From Thermoplasmata archaeon (lineage in GTDB: Archaea > Thermoplasmatota > E2 > JACPAO01 > JAHFTW01), in contig JAXDQS010000003.1 in assembly GCA_034667725.1 (NCBI GenBank), forward strand, positions 512,001-576,000: 64,000 nucleotides of DNA. The letters run 5' to 3'. Both the position numbers and the translations under genes were made by a program. Below the pieces are notes generated by a model. That model did no database searches. It saw only the letters and a program-made list of their open reading frames with translations, and was not told the DNA's origin. Below, piece by piece: positions 40,368-49,021 of this stretch. Every line of letters starts with the position of its first letter. Position 1 is the first letter of the stretch.

Positions 40368-41809
40368 GCACGGCGCGCGTCTGGGAGGCCCGCACCGGCG
40401 CCGGCCTCCACCCCGACCTGTTGGCGTACTCCGAGACGACGCAGGAGGACCTGCCCTACCTCGTCCACGACCTGTGCGGCAGCTCCGCCCACGTCCTGGG
40501 CCTCGTGCGCGCCGGCTTGCTGTCGAAGGAGGAGGCCACGCAACTGCTCGAAGGGCTGCGCGCCATCCACCGCGACGTCGAGGCCGGCGCCTTCCGCCTG
40601 GATCAAGACCTGGAGGATGCGCACATGAACATCGAGGCCCGCCTCACGGCCGACCTCGGGGACACGGGGCGCCGCCTGCACTCGGGGCGCAGCCGCAACG
40701 ACCAGGTCGCGACCTGCATCGTGCTGTTCGCGCGCGCCGGCCTTGCGCAGTTGGCCCAGGCGCTCCATCACCTCGGGGCCGCCGTCGCGCAGCAGGCCGA
40801 GGCCCACCGCACGACGCCGTGGGTGGCGCGCACGCATGGGCTCCCCGCCCAGCCCGCGACCCTTGGCTTCCTGCTGGCGGCGCACGCGCACCGCCTCCAG
40901 GACGCCGAGGCGCAGGCGCTGGCGGCGTTCGACGCGGTCGGCGAGTCGCCGCTCGGCTCTGGCGCCGTCGCGGGCTCGACGCTGCCGCTCGACCCGGCGT
41001 TCACGGCCCGCGCCATGGGCCTGCGCGCCCCGCGCAGCGCCCTCTTGGCGACGGGCACGCGCGACGCGGTGCTGGAGGCCTGTGCCGTCGCGGCCCGCAC
41101 GGGCGTCGTGGTGGCCAGCCTCGCGCAGGACCTCACGACGCTGTTCATCGACGGCCGCCTCCGCCTGCCGGAGGGCTACACCACGGGCAGCAGCCTCATG
41201 CCGCAGAAGCGCAACCCCGACGCCTTGGAGCTGGCGCGGGGCCGCGGCAAGGCCCTCGGCGCCCCGCTCGCGGCCGTCACGGCCATCGTGTCCGGCCTCG
41301 GCCTCGGCTACCAGCGTGACTTCCAGCTCACCAAGCCCCACCTCACGGCCGCCCTCGGCCACGCCGTCGCCACCGTCGAGCTGCTGGTGCCGCTGGTGTC
41401 CGGCATGGAGGCCACCGGCAAGCCCGACCCGGCCTGGACGCAGCCCGGCATCGTCGCCACCGACGTCGCCGAGGCGCTGGTGCGCGCCGGCATGCCGTTC
41501 CGCTCGGCCTACAAGGCCGTCGCGGCGGCGTTCGCGCAGGTCGAGTCCGGCACGCCGTTCCAGTCTGCGTTGGAGGCGCAAGGCCTGCCCGCCCCCGCGC
41601 TGGAGGCGGCGCTGTCGGCGCTCACGCCCGACCCGGCCCGCCGCGCGACCCACGGCGGCCCCGCGCCCGAGGCCGTCGCGGCCGCTCTGCGCCAGCTTGC
41701 CGCCACCGCCGCCGCCTTGGCGGCGCGCGTCGCTACGGCCCAGCGCGCCGCCGAGGTTCCTCTCGACCTTCTGTCCCGCCCGATCCCCGAACTCCTGGAG
41801 CAGTCCTGA
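40364..41809 (+). CDS. argH: Argininosuccinate lyase
   Basis: EDAH..IE, HSGRSRNDQ, GSSLMPQKRNPD.LEL. Confidence 0.94.
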   Translation: MSTARVWEARTGAGLHPDLLAYSETTQEDLPYLVHDLCGSSAHVLGLVRAGLLSKEEATQLLEGLRAIHRDVEAGAFRLDQDLEDAHMNIEARLTADLGDTGRRLHSGRSRNDQVATCIVLFARAGLAQLAQALHHLGAAVAQQAEAHRTTPWVARTHGLPAQPATLGFLLAAHAHRLQDAEAQALAAFDAVGESPLGSGAVAGSTLPLDPAFTARAMGLRAPRSALLATGTRDAVLEACAVAARTGVVVASLAQDLTTLFIDGRLRLPEGYTTGSSLMPQKRNPDALELARGRGKALGAPLAAVTAIVSGLGLGYQRDFQLTKPHLTAALGHAVATVELLVPLVSGMEATGKPDPAWTQPGIVATDVAEALVRAGMPFRSAYKAVAAAFAQVESGTPFQSALEAQGLPAPALEAALSALTPDPARRATHGGPAPEAVAAALRQLAATAAALAARVATAQRAAEVPLDLLSRPIPELLEQS

Positions 41810-42825
41810 TGCCTCCCCGCACGACCGCCAAGACCACGAACGCCCGCCCCCGCGCCGCCGTGCGCGCCGACGCCCTCCCCGGCGCCCGCGCCGTGCTGGG
41901 CATGGAGGACACCGCGCCCTACCTCGCCGACCTGCTGGCCGACGCGGCGGAGCTCAAGCGCCTGGGCCACGCCTTCCGGCTCCCCAAGCTGCTGGAGGGC
42001 CGCGCCATCCTGATGGTGTACGAGAAGAACTCGACCCGCACCCGCGTCAGCTTCGAGGTCGGCGTCCAGCGGCTCGGCGGCATCGCGGTCAACCTCGACA
42101 GCCAGACCTCACAGCTCTCCCGCGGCGAGTCGATCGAGGACACCGCCCAAGTCCTGTCGCGCTACGGCCACGCCCTGGTGTACCGCGCCAAGTCGCACGC
42201 CAGCGTCGAGGCGCTGGCCCGCTACGCCACCGTGCCGGTCGTCAACGCCCTCACCGACGTCGAGCACCCGTGCCAGATCCTGGCCGACTGGCAGACGCTC
42301 GCCGAGCACTGGGGCAGCCTCCAGGGCCGCACCTTCGCGTACGTCGGCGACGGCAACAACATGTGCCACAGCTACCTGCTGGGCGCGCCCCTGGCCGGCA
42401 TGAACGTCCAGGTCGCCACCCCGAAGGGCTACGACCCCGACCCTGAGATCGTCGAACGCGCCAAGGCGCTCGCGGCCGCCGCCGGCACCACCGTCAAGCT
42501 CGTCCGCAAGCCGGAAGACGCGATCAAGGGCGCCGATGCCGTGGCCACCGACACCTGGGTCAGCATGGGCGACGAGGCCGAGGAGACCCAGCGCATGAAG
42601 GCGTTCGCCGGCTACACCATCGACGAGGCCATGATGCAGCAGGCCAAGCCCGACGCCGTGTTCCTGCACTGCCTCCCCGGCCACTGGGGCCAGGAAGCCA
42701 CCTACGAGCTGGCGCATGGCCCGCGCAGCCTCATCTACGACGAGGCCGAGAACCGCATGTGGGCCCAGATGGCGCTCTTGTGCCGGCTGCTGGACATCAA
42801 GGTGCCGCGGCCCGACGTCTGGTGA
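41809..42825 (+). CDS. argF: Ornithine carbamoyltransferase
   Basis: STRTRVSFE, HPCQILAD, GDGNN, TDTWVSMG, HCLP. Confidence 0.96.
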   Translation: MPPRTTAKTTNARPRAAVRADALPGARAVLGMEDTAPYLADLLADAAELKRLGHAFRLPKLLEGRAILMVYEKNSTRTRVSFEVGVQRLGGIAVNLDSQTSQLSRGESIEDTAQVLSRYGHALVYRAKSHASVEALARYATVPVVNALTDVEHPCQILADWQTLAEHWGSLQGRTFAYVGDGNNMCHSYLLGAPLAGMNVQVATPKGYDPDPEIVERAKALAAAAGTTVKLVRKPEDAIKGADAVATDTWVSMGDEAEETQRMKAFAGYTIDEAMMQQAKPDAVFLHCLPGHWGQEATYELAHGPRSLIYDEAENRMWAQMALLCRLLDIKVPRPDVW

Positions 42826-43882
42826 CCGCGGCGGCCAGCACCACCACGACCAGCGCGAAGCCCGCCGGCGACGGCGAGCGCGCGGTCAGGCTGCCGGCCT
42901 CCTGGCCCGCCCAGCGGTCGAAGATGACCACCTTCACGGGCAGGATGCCGTAGTAGCCCACGAGGTCGCCTTCGCTGACCAGCCCGTCGCGGTCTTGGTC
43001 CCACCAGCGGAACGAATGGTTGCCCGAGGGAGCGCCTTCCCGCATGGTCGGGTTCGCCACGGCGCCCTCGAAGCGCAGCTCGATCTCCTCGGGCCGCACC
43101 GAGTGCCGCATGTGGCGCAGCGCGACCCCATCGCAGCTCGACAGCCAGCCCCCGCAATTGTACCGGGTGGACTGCGCGTCCACCTCGACCGGCTTGCGCC
43201 CGCCAGGCGCCGGCTGCTGCAGCACGACGCTGTCCGGGTAGGCGTACCGCACCGTCATGTTGCCAAGCCGCGGCTCGCGCACCTCCAGCTGGGCGAAGCG
43301 GCCGGCGGCGTCCAGCTCCAGCTCGAACGAGCCCCGCGCGGTCTTCCCCGACGCGATGCGCCCGTCCTCGTCCGCGACCTGGTATCCCAGCGTGCCGAGG
43401 ATGGCCTTCCACGGCGTGTCCCGTCGCAGGTCGCGGTACACGACGCGGGACTCGTTGCGCTGCTGGTGCTCCAGGCCGGCGCGCGCCTCCACGACGTAAG
43501 ACACCCCGTCCTCGCGCCAGGCGGCCAGCCCGTCGGCCGGGACGATGGTGCCGGTGAGGTTGGTGGCCACGATGTAGGGCTTGGAGAGCGTCACCTCGAC
43601 GGTGTACGGGCCGAGCTTGCCGTCGGCGTCGCCGGCCGCAAGGCGCTTGTCCAGCGGGCTCGGCTGCAGGCTGAGCACGAGCGCCACCGCGCCCGCCAGC
43701 ACCACCAGGACCACGAGGCAGGAGAGCGCGATCCAGACGCCGTTGGGCGTCTTGCGGGGCGGCCGGGGCGGCGGGACCGCCTCGGCGTGCGCCACCAGGC
43801 CGCAGGCCGCGCAGCGCGCCAGGCGGCCAGGGGCGTGCACCGTCGGCTCGCGGCAACCCGGGCATCGTGCCTGCACGACCAT
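42797..43882 (-). CDS. Membrane-anchored protein with N-terminal Zn ribbon and C-terminal CTERM-like anchor
   Basis: CPGC..CAAC, one internal TM, C-terminus SPAGF, a hydrophobic helix, then RRR. Confidence 0.72.
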   Translation of the reverse strand: MVVQARCPGCREPTVHAPGRLARCAACGLVAHAEAVPPPRPPRKTPNGVWIALSCLVVLVVLAGAVALVLSLQPSPLDKRLAAGDADGKLGPYTVEVTLSKPYIVATNLTGTIVPADGLAAWREDGVSYVVEARAGLEHQQRNESRVVYRDLRRDTPWKAILGTLGYQVADEDGRIASGKTARGSFELELDAAGRFAQLEVREPRLGNMTVRYAYPDSVVLQQPAPGGRKPVEVDAQSTRYNCGGWLSSCDGVALRHMRHSVRPEEIELRFEGAVANPTMREGAPSGNHSFRWWDQDRDGLVSEGDLVGYYGILPVKVVIFDRWAGQEAGSLTARSPSPAGFALVVVVLAAAVTRRRAAAP

Positions 43883-43905
43883 CGGGCTTCGATGCGCTCC
43901 CCTCC

Positions 43906-44586
43906 ATGAAGCCTTGGGTTTTTGGCCGAGGCCGGGCTGCGCGCGGCGTGCAGGTGCTGGACGTCGGCCGCATGGAGTACGGCGAGTGCCTCGCGCTCCA
44001 GCTCCGCCTGCGCGACCAGCGCATCCGCGGCGAGGGCGAGGACACCTTGATCGTCGTCGAGCATCCTCCGGTCGCGACCCTCGGCCGGCGCGGCGACCCG
44101 AAGGAGGTCTTCGACCCCACGTTGCCGGTGTTCGCGATCGACCGCGGCGGCAAGGCCACCTACCACGGCCCCGGCCAGCTCGTGCTCTACCCGATCGTGC
44201 ATCTGGGCGAGAACAACCGCGACGTGCGCGCCTGGGTCGTCCACCTGGAGAACCTGGTGGTGCGGCTGCTGGCGGACTTCGGCGTCGCGGCCAAGCCCCG
44301 CCTCGACGCCCCCGGCGTGTGGACCGAAGGCTCGGGCAAGAAGATCGCGAGCATCGGCATCGCCATCCAGGGCTGGGTCAGCACCCACGGCATCGCGTTG
44401 AACGTGGACCTGGACCTGCGCGAGTTCGAGCGCATCGACCCCTGCGGGCTCGGTGCCGCGGTGATGACGAGCATGAAGGCCGAGGGCGCCACTGCCACCA
44501 TGGCCGAAGCCAAAACCTGGGTCCACCGGCACGCCGCCACGCACCTCGCGGGGTTCCGTGCGTTCGACGCAACGGTTTCACTTTGA
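43906..44586 (+). CDS. lipB: Lipoyl(octanoyl) transferase
   Basis: EHPPV.TLG, DRGGKATYHGPGQLV.YP, KIASIG, HGIALNV, PCGL. Confidence 0.93.
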   Translation: MKPWVFGRGRAARGVQVLDVGRMEYGECLALQLRLRDQRIRGEGEDTLIVVEHPPVATLGRRGDPKEVFDPTLPVFAIDRGGKATYHGPGQLVLYPIVHLGENNRDVRAWVVHLENLVVRLLADFGVAAKPRLDAPGVWTEGSGKKIASIGIAIQGWVSTHGIALNVDLDLREFERIDPCGLGAAVMTSMKAEGATATMAEAKTWVHRHAATHLAGFRAFDATVSL

Positions 44587-44688
44587 AACGACAAGACGCG
44601 ATTGCGTCCCTTTTAGCGTGTTGCTAGTTTTGTCGCATATAAAAACTAAATACCTGCATAAGGCGGCGGCTTCGGACCTGCACCCTTC

Positions 44689-45540
44689 ATGAGCGGGATC
44701 CCAGCATCCAGTCGCGTGGTCCGCGTCGCCCTCTACACCCGCGTCTCCACCGAGGACCAGGCCAAGGAGGGCTTCAGCCTGGACGCCCAGCTCGAGCGGC
44801 TGCGGTTCTTCGCCAAGGCCCAGGGTTGGGAGGTCGCCGGCGAGTACGTCGACGAGGGCCACTCCGGCCGCACCACCAAGCGCCCCCAGTACGCCCGCAT
44901 GATGGAGGAGCGCCCCCGGTGGGACATCCTGCTGGTGCTGAAGATGGACCGGATCCACCGCAACAGCCGCAACTTCATGGCCATGATGGACCAGCTCCGC
45001 AAGGAGGGCAAGGAGTTCGCCAGCGTCACCGAGTCGCTCGACACCTCCACGGCGATGGGGCGGTTCGTCATGGACATCATCCAACGCATCGCCCAGCTCG
45101 AGTCCGAGCAGATCGGCGAGCGCGTCTACATCGGCATGGAGCAGAAGGCCAAGCAGCGCGGCAACTCCCTGGGCAAGGAGGCTCCCTTCGGCTACCGCTA
45201 CCGGCCCGACCGGGTCCTGGAGCCCGTCCCCGAGGAGCGGGCGTTCGCGGAGGGGATTTTCCGGCGCTATCTGGCCGGTGCGAGCTCTGGCGAGGTGGCA
45301 ACGTGGCTTACCAGCGCAGGGGCCAAGATGCGGCGCGGTGGGGCTTGGACCCGCCAGCGGGTGCTCGACATCCTCGCCAACCCGACCTACGCAGGCGCCG
45401 CGAAGTGGGACGGCGTCCTGCAGCTGGCCACCCACGAGGGCGTCGTGGACCCCAAGACTTTCGACGCGGCGCAGGACCGGCTCGCCGTCACGAACCCCGC
45501 CATGGCGACCGTCCGGCTCACCCGGCTGCAAGTGGCTTGA
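44689..45540 (+). CDS. Serine recombinase (resolvase catalytic domain plus recombinase domain)
   Basis: YTRVSTEDQ catalytic Ser, DEGHSG, KMDRIHRN, AQLESE.IGER, PFGY, ILANPTYAG. Confidence 0.93.
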   Translation: MSGIPASSRVVRVALYTRVSTEDQAKEGFSLDAQLERLRFFAKAQGWEVAGEYVDEGHSGRTTKRPQYARMMEERPRWDILLVLKMDRIHRNSRNFMAMMDQLRKEGKEFASVTESLDTSTAMGRFVMDIIQRIAQLESEQIGERVYIGMEQKAKQRGNSLGKEAPFGYRYRPDRVLEPVPEERAFAEGIFRRYLAGASSGEVATWLTSAGAKMRRGGAWTRQRVLDILANPTYAGAAKWDGVLQLATHEGVVDPKTFDAAQDRLAVTNPAMATVRLTRLQVA

Positions 45541-45789
45541 ACAGCCCCTTCTACGCCAATACGAGAATATTTCTGTGTGTCGCTTGTTGTGCGACGCAGT
45601 GTCGCTCTTGCATCTACCCGGCCCCTGGGGCACCATTGGATGTGCAAAAACGTCCATCTTCGGCGTTTTTTGGGCAACTTGCAAGCATTTCCTGCCCTCA
45701 ACGGTCCTGAAAGCAACGCAATTCCGTCCTGTCCGGTAGACCGAACAGGACGCTGTGCTGGGCGCCTGGTTTATATGCCGCCTTCTAGG

Positions 45790-46224
45790 CTAAACGTCGT
45801 CCGCGACTAGTTCGCGACGAATCGCCTTCCTGCGAACCTTTTGCGGTTCATCGTTCTCACCATTCTGGCCCAGCATGAACAGCAGCAGGATGTCGATCTC
45901 CAGTTGGCTCAACAGCCGGGTCAAGGCCAGGAAGATCAAGGTGAACAGGCCGGCGAAGGCGCCCGTGATGGCCGCGGCCTGCTGCAGCGTCGCCGCCAGC
46001 TCCTCGAAGCCGGGGATGTATTGGCCCAGGACGGAGCCGATGGCGCTTGCGATGCCGAGGTAGAGGAAGCCGGCGACGACGGCGCGGATCTTGCCCCACC
46101 GCTCCAGGCTGTCGAGGCGCTGGTGGACCAAGGAGTCGGCGGCGGGCGCCTGGCGGCAGGCGACGACCAGGTGCTTGTAGCGGCTGGCAAAGAGCCACTG
46201 GAGGCGTCCGGCGAACGGATACAC
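45790..46224 (-). CDS. Hypothetical 2-TM membrane protein
   Basis: Two hydrophobic helices, host-like codons in the core. Start uncertain. Confidence 0.6.
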   Translation of the reverse strand: MYPFAGRLQWLFASRYKHLVVACRQAPAADSLVHQRLDSLERWGKIRAVVAGFLYLGIASAIGSVLGQYIPGFEELAATLQQAAAITGAFAGLFTLIFLALTRLLSQLEIDILLLFMLGQNGENDEPQKVRRKAIRRELVADDV

Positions 46225-46619
46225 GCAAAACAGGAGGGGCCGCGTGCCCTTGAGGCTTGGGGGTGAGAGGGAGAAGGGGGACGAAGTGGCGGTCACGCCG
46301 AGACGCGCTCGGTGTATTCCCATTCGGGCGTGACCACACGGATCCAGACGAAACTGTCCATGTGCAGCCTCCCATTGCCCCGAATCCGCCCGGAACCGGC
46401 CTCCCAGCCAGCGCACGGGGGTGCTTGGGCGCACCCGGGGGAACCCCCACTATGCCCTGCAAAATATAAGCCGTTCCAATGGAAGCCGAGGTTCAGATGC
46501 AGGCTTCCAGGAGAGCGCTATGCCAGCATTTAAGATTTATATGCCTTAAAAGCGACCTTGACAAGAGCACACAGAAAGAAAGCCAATCGCATCGCATCGA
46601 TGCAAAGCGAGCCAATCGC

Positions 46620-46916
46620 TCAGTCTAGGAGGGTGAACAGGACGTCGTCCTGGCCGACGTCGAACACGCCCAGGCGGGCGCCCGCGTCCAGCCAGCCGTG
46701 GGCGTAGTTGCAGGTCGCGAACGCATTGACCAGGTCCCCCGCGGCGTGGAAGTGCTGCGCGTCGGCGTGGTAGCGGCGCGCCATGTCCAGGAAGTTCTGC
46801 GCGATGCGCGAGGCGAAGCTGCGCGGCGGCGCCACGACCGTGACCTTGGCCAGCGCGCGGGCCGTGGTGTCGAGGTACTTGCGCACATGCTCTGCGGTCA
46901 GCGGGCCGGGCGCCAC
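46620..46916 (-). CDS. DUF357 family protein
   Basis: MARRY..DA.HF...GD.VNAF...NYAHGWLDAGARLG. Confidence 0.9.
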   Translation of the reverse strand: MAPGPLTAEHVRKYLDTTARALAKVTVVAPPRSFASRIAQNFLDMARRYHADAQHFHAAGDLVNAFATCNYAHGWLDAGARLGVFDVGQDDVLFTLLD

Positions 46917-46951
46917 GCTGGGGCCACGGCGGGGTCGGCTTTGAGGCTGCC

Positions 46952-48961
46952 CTACTGCCAGAGGCGGCGAACCGCGCCCCGCCCCTTCTGGCGCTCGGCC
47001 ACCAGCTCGCGGTGGAACTGGCAGACGTCCCGCATCGGGCACCGGATGCAGGCGGGCTCCTCCTCGTGGCAGGCGTTGTCCGCCACCTCCCGCAGCAGCC
47101 GCAGCCGCTCGTCGGGGTCGCGGTGGAAGCTTGCCTCCAGGTCGCGCAGCACCTCGAGGCTGCGTTCGGGGCTCTGGCTGGCCCCGACGATGCCGATGCG
47201 GGCGGCGACGCGGTGGATCTCGCGCGCGTCCGATTGCAGCCAGGTGGCGCGGGCCTTCGGGCGCAGCTCGGCCTCAGGGGCCACGAGCCGGCGGGGGGCC
47301 GGCGCCACCGGGGCCGCGGGGGGCGGTGCCACCGCGGGCGCCGCCGACAGGTCCGGCGTCCAGGCCGGCGGCGGCATGGGCGGCGGCGTGCTCGGCTTGG
47401 CCGGCGCGGCCATGGGGGCCGGGGGCAGCGGCGGGACGACCGGGCGGGCCAGCGGCGCGGGGGCCGGTTCTTCCTCCTCGTCCTCGTCGGCGTGCAGGAC
47501 GCTGACGCTGCGGCCGCCGTGGGCCGTCATGCGGGGGCGGACGCTGACGAAGACCGGCTGGGTGAGGCCGCCGCCGGCGACGAGGGCTTCGCCGACGGCG
47601 AGGCGCTGGACCTCGTCGGCGACCTCGTTGCTGATGCCTTCGACGCTCTGGACGATGGCCTTCAGGTCGTTGGGGTTGGTGACCTTGAGGACGACCTGGG
47701 TGTTGCATTGCGACAGGACGTTCTTGTCGATCTTGGCGGGGCGCTGGCTCACGATGACGAGGCCGAGGCCGAACTTGCGGCCTTCGCTGGCAACCGTGCG
47801 GATGATGGGCCCGCTGACGGCGTTGCCGACGTTGCGCTCAGGGCAGAAGTTGTGCGCCTCCTCCACCACCAGGATGTGGGCGGGCACCTCGTTGCGCTTG
47901 CGGGCCTCCCACAGCATCCCGGCGATGCGGGTGACGACGACCTCCTGGATGTCGGGGCTGACGCCCTTGAGGTTGATGATGGTGCATTGGCCGGGCGACA
48001 CCAGCTCGCGCACGGGGGTGCCGCGGATGTCGAACACCTTGGTGGACTCGAGCAGTTCGAGGGCGTTGAGCACGTTCCACTTGGCGTTCGACTTGTTGCG
48101 CGCGACCCCGTCCATGATGTCGCGCAGGGTGTAGGCGGGGAGGTGCTCCTTGACCTCCTTGATCGCCTGGTAGAGCACGCCGACCTGGCCGCCACTGAGC
48201 TTGCCGCCCAAGAGGTCCACGATCTCGCGGCCTTCCAGGTTCATGCCTTCCAGCACGAGGCGGGCGGCCTCGGGGTTGAGGTTGGTGTCGAGCGCGAACT
48301 CCTTCACCTGCGATTGGAACGACTTGGGCTTGATGCGGTAGCGGCCCATGGTCTCCATCTCGCGCTCGTCCAGGTTCGGGCTGCGGAGGGTGCCGTACTC
48401 GCCGTGCGGGTCCAGGATCACCAGCGGGACCTTGGCCTTGAGGAACTCCTCCAGGATGACGCCGACGGTGTACGACTTGCCGGCGCCGGTCTTGGCCAGC
48501 ACGCTCAGGTGCTTCTGCGCCAAGGTGTCCATCGACAGCGTGACGGGAATGCGGGAGCCCTTGACGAAGCCGAGGTAGGCGCCCTCGTCGGCGTTCTGCT
48601 CCAGGCCGAGGATGCTCGTGACCAGGCGGTCGTCGGCGGAGTGGACCGGGATGCCGGCGCGGAACGGGCTCCGGGGCGTCTGGATGCGGCCCTGCGGATC
48701 GCGGTAGCCGATGATGCGGATGGTGGCCGACAGCTGGTCCTCGGCGTCGGCGGCGAACCCGGCCGGCATCGCGATGGCCTCCTCGTAGCTGAGGCTGCTG
48801 CGGCGGGTCACCGCCTCCACCTGCCCGAGCACGCGGTGGCCCTCCGCCTCGACCTCCACGTAGTCGAGGCGCTTGAGGTCCCCGTCCGACACCGCGATGT
48901 CGAAGCCGGTGCTGGAGACGTTGCCGTAGATGACGCCGACCTGCCGGCGGAGGCTGGCCAT
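46952..48961 (-). CDS. HerA-like ATPase (HAS barrel plus DUF87) with C-terminal EndoIII-type [4Fe-4S] motif
   Basis: AKTGAGKS, DPHGEY, VVEEAHNF, EGRKFG, SQRPA. Pro-rich linker, then C-X6-C-X2-C-X5-C. Confidence 0.9.
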   Translation of the reverse strand: MASLRRQVGVIYGNVSSTGFDIAVSDGDLKRLDYVEVEAEGHRVLGQVEAVTRRSSLSYEEAIAMPAGFAADAEDQLSATIRIIGYRDPQGRIQTPRSPFRAGIPVHSADDRLVTSILGLEQNADEGAYLGFVKGSRIPVTLSMDTLAQKHLSVLAKTGAGKSYTVGVILEEFLKAKVPLVILDPHGEYGTLRSPNLDEREMETMGRYRIKPKSFQSQVKEFALDTNLNPEAARLVLEGMNLEGREIVDLLGGKLSGGQVGVLYQAIKEVKEHLPAYTLRDIMDGVARNKSNAKWNVLNALELLESTKVFDIRGTPVRELVSPGQCTIINLKGVSPDIQEVVVTRIAGMLWEARKRNEVPAHILVVEEAHNFCPERNVGNAVSGPIIRTVASEGRKFGLGLVIVSQRPAKIDKNVLSQCNTQVVLKVTNPNDLKAIVQSVEGISNEVADEVQRLAVGEALVAGGGLTQPVFVSVRPRMTAHGGRSVSVLHADEDEEEEPAPAPLARPVVPPLPPAPMAAPAKPSTPPPMPPPAWTPDLSAAPAVAPPPAAPVAPAPRRLVAPEAELRPKARATWLQSDAREIHRVAARIGIVGASQSPERSLEVLRDLEASFHRDPDERLRLLREVADNACHEEEPACIRCPMRDVCQFHRELVAERQKGRGAVRRLWQ

Positions 48962-49021
48962 CAGGGGCTGGACTTCCCGTGCCCTTATTTCAGGCCGCGC
49001 AAACGAGGCTCGCGCGCCGCC

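Noticed and set aside
44587-46619. tRNA or tRNA-derived att site near the recombinase
   Set aside because: No cloverleaf or T-loop consensus and no flanking direct repeat found by eye.
46952-48961. HerA-based defence system (e.g. Sir2-HerA) or herA-nurA repair operon
   Set aside because: No Sir2, nuclease, nurA, mre11 or rad50 neighbour, and codon usage is host-like.
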